52,965 nt of DNA from Octopus bimaculoides (lineage: Eukaryota), in assembly GCF_001194135.2 (NCBI RefSeq), contig NC_068988.1, forward strand, positions 37,263,291-37,316,255, written 5' to 3'. A program made the position numbers and the translations under genes. Shown here piece by piece: positions 50,204-52,965 of this stretch. A model generated the notes under the pieces. That model was not told where the DNA came from, made no database searches, and was given only the letters and a program-made list of their open reading frames with translations. Numbering within the stretch: the first letter of the stretch is position 1; the number at the start of each line of letters is the position of its first letter.

Positions 50204-50553
50204 ACTCTTTTACTCTTTTACTTGTTTCAGTCATTTGACTGCGGCCATGCTGGAGCATCGCCTTTAGTCGAACAAATCAACCCCAGGACTTATTGTTTGT
50301 AAGCCTAGTACTTATTCTATAGGTCTCTTTTGCCGAACCGGTAAGTTACGGGGACGTAAACACACCAGCATCGGTTGTCAAGCGATGTTGGGGGGACAAA
50401 CACACACAAACACACATATATATATATACATATATACGACGGGCTTCTTTCAGTTTCCGTTTACCAAATCCACTCACAAGGCTTTGGTCGGCCAGAGGCC
50501 ATAGTAGAAGACACTTGCCCAAGGTGCCACGCAGTGGGACTGAACCCGGAACC
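50204..50553 (-). mobile_element. SINE family A copy (least diverged, head slightly truncated)
   Basis: tactcttttacttgtttcagtcatttgactgcggccatgctggagc...cttgcccaaggtgccacgcagtgggactgaacccggaaccat. Confidence 0.9.
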
Positions 50554-50729
50554 ATAACACTCCTTTGCATTAGAATTTTACTTACATAGAACGCTTGAAG
50601 TACATACGCATACCAGGTGTGTTATTAGATTAGGCTGAAGTAATTGCAACTCCACTTTGAAATCCAGCTTTGTAGCTTTCTGATATGTTTAATAAAGGAA
50701 GCAATGACACACCAAACGTTCCCCTTTAC

Positions 50730-50877
50730 CTTGTATAACTGAAACCTTGTACCTGCGTAAACCTTCATTCATCAGCTGAATCATGGTATGGTGGTAAGCT
50801 AGCGAATATTTCCATTTATTTCCCATCTTATTACATTCTAACGCCAGAAGGTCTTCAACGTCACATAGTTCATTCCT
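50730..50877 (-). CDS. Candidate internal exon of an unidentified host gene
   Basis: Acceptor tttag| and donor AAG|gtaaag; 148 nt open as RNELCDVEDLLALECNKMGNKWKYSLAYHHTMIQLMNEGLRRYKVSVIQ. No family recognised. Confidence 0.3.
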
Positions 50878-51295
50878 CTAAACTTTAAATAAATGAGGCT
50901 ATGCCTCTAGGTAATAAATATGTATTTACTGTTAATGCAGCCCGCACCATATAATGGGTTGTCATTTTTCTAATGAGATGAATTTTGATTCCATGCAGAA
51001 TCCCCGCTGAACCATTCTTCCATTGTATGAAATTCCTTTGAGAGAAACGTGGACATCACAAATGCATCTAAAACTATAGAATATATATGGGTGCACGAAA
51101 GAGACCAATAATTAGATTTAATCTAGAGCGAAAAGGTATCGGTGGTTTAAACGACGGATGGGAGACGAAAACAGAAAAAAGATCCACACAGCAGAAAGTT
51201 TAGAAATAAATTGGAACGAGGAAGAGAAAATTAACATGACACCTTACGCGCAAGGTAAACAAGCAAATTCATGATGCGTTCCATTTTTTTTCCTA

Positions 51296-51446
51296 TAGGC
51301 GTTGGTGTGGTAAAAAGTTAGATTTCCGCTCACATGGTTTCAGATTTCGTCCTACTGTATGACACATTGAGCAAGTATCTTTTACTGTAGGCACAGGCCT
51401 TGTGGGTGGATTTGTTAGACGGACACTGAAAGAAGCCGGTCGAATG

Positions 51447-51450
<4 letters not shown>
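51296..51450 (+). mobile_element. SINE family A 5' half running into (TG)n and a gap
   Basis: gcgttggtgtggtaaaaag...cacatggttt...ttgagcaagtatctt...ccttgtgggtggatttgttagacgg..actgaaagaagccggtcg. Confidence 0.75.
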
Positions 51451-51523
<73 letters not shown>

Positions 51524-52030
51524 NNNNNNNNNNNNNNNNNNNNNNNNNNNNNNNNNNNNNNNNNNNNNNNNNNNNNNNNNNNNNNNNNNNNNNNNNNNNN
51601 NNNNNNNNNNNNNNNNNNNNNNNNNNNNNNNNNNNNNNNNNNNNNNNNNNNNNNNNNNNNNNNNNNNNNNNNNNNNNNNNNNNNNNNNNNNNNNNNNNNN
51701 NNNNNNNNNNNNNNNNNNNNNNNNNNNNNNNNNNNNNNNNNNNNNNNNNNNNNNNNNNNNNNNNNNNNNNNNNNNNNNNNNNNNNNNNNNNNNNNNNNNN
51801 NNNNNNNNNNNNNNNNNNNNNNNNNNNNNNNNNNNNNNNNNNNNNNNNNNNNNNNNNNNNNNNNNNNNNNNNNNNNNNNNNNNNNNNNNNNNNNNNNNNN
51901 NNNNNNNNNNNNNNNNNNNNNNNNNNNNNNNNNNNNNNNNNNNNNNNNNNNNNNNNNNNNNNNNNNNNNNNNNNNNNNNNNNNNNNNNNNNNNNNNNNNN
52001 NNNNNNNNNNNNNNNNNNNNNNNNNNNNNN

Positions 52031-52063
<33 letters not shown>

Positions 52064-52808
52064 AAAGATGGTAAAGGACTAAATGCGAGTATTTTCTGCT
52101 ATAGTGTAATATTTAATATGGTATCAGTTTCGGTCGTTGATGTTGCAGTGTATTGCCATTTTAGGGATCTGACTGTCGAGATCGGCTCATACTGTCATGA
52201 ACTTTAACAGCGTTCAGTTGTGTCTTCGCTTCTCCTTTTCTGTCATTTTGTTTGATTCTTAAAATGACCTCTCCTGTATAAATCCAAAACTAATCTAAAT
52301 TCATGGATCTGTCGTGACATCTTCATCCGAAAGTCTGGTTATTGTTTATGTAGAATTAACTGATCAGAAAACAAGAACACCTGCGTTTAAATGGAAATAT
52401 AAACCAGCTAAGCATTCATTATTGACAATTTCAATTACCTATAACACTGACGTAAGCATTTTAAAAGTTTTATTCTTTCACTTCAAGTAAAATGTGTTTG
52501 TTTCCGAGTAAAAATGGCTTCTCGTATATTTACTCTTTTAGTAGTTTTCAGTGTTTAGGCTGCAGTCATGATTTCCTGTAACTTTTTAGAATTTCTTTGA
52601 TTTCATATTTTAAGTAAGATATTCGGAAATACCATATGTATATAAATATGGAAATATATATACATTTATGTATATATATATATATATTTATGTCATATAT
52701 GTGTGCGTGTGTATGTGTCTCTGTGCATTTGTGTGTGTACATATCTATACATCTATATGTGCATATATGTATCTATATATGTGTATTCATGTATCTGTAC
52801 ATGTATTT

Positions 52809-52851
<43 letters not shown>

Positions 52852-52965
52852 ACAAATACAAGGAGCGAGAGAGCAGTAAAAGCCAACTGCATGCGTGCTG
52901 AATGTGGACGAAGTTTATTTCTTCTCCCTCTTTCACTTTCCTATATATATATATATATATATATA

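Noticed and set aside
1203-51450. tRNA-like heads as genuine tRNA genes
   Set aside because: No complete cloverleaf or anticodon arm; each continues into a repeated SINE body.
9605-52901. Long ORFs in the track (e.g. 9898-10917, 23402-24167, 34924-35891, 51402-52207) and the many CVCV/YIYI/THTH/MYVC ORFs
   Set aside because: They are translations of N-gaps and stop-free dinucleotide or tetranucleotide repeats, not coding sequence.
1-52965. CRISPR array, rRNA, telomeric repeats, prokaryotic operons or endogenous virus
   Set aside because: No regularly spaced repeat-spacer array, rRNA-like sequence, TTAGGG arrays, gene-dense blocks or viral hallmark motifs were seen.

Overview
AT-rich, repeat-saturated animal genomic DNA with 14 N-gaps, almost all flanked by (TA)n, (CA)n, (GA)n or poly-C tracts. 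The composition and SINE families suggest a coleoid cephalopod, probably an octopus; this is inference and was not verified. No intact protein-coding gene, RNA gene or CRISPR array can be supported, and the long ORFs in the track are gap or microsatellite artefacts. Recognisable content: a decayed Penelope-like retroelement (RT core, ~12.3-14.05 kb) plus a 5' fragment of a second Penelope-like family (~3.0-3.15 kb); a 5'-truncated L1/Tx1-type LINE (16.6-17.73 kb); a near full-length Chapaev3-like DNA transposon with TIRs and TTA TSD (39297-41582); three Tc1/mariner relics; more than 20 tRNA-derived SINE copies from at least 3 families; a long-TIR MITE-like element; and several long fold-back repeats. 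The most interesting observations are two hammerhead-ribozyme-like motifs (16325-16390 minus, 18001-18075 plus), four 50-150 bp-arm hairpins that would be dsRNA/ADAR substrates if transcribed, and a mariner carrying a third, internal TIR. A few weak minus-strand exon candidates hint that the window could be intronic. I found no clear evidence of a wholly new biological system.
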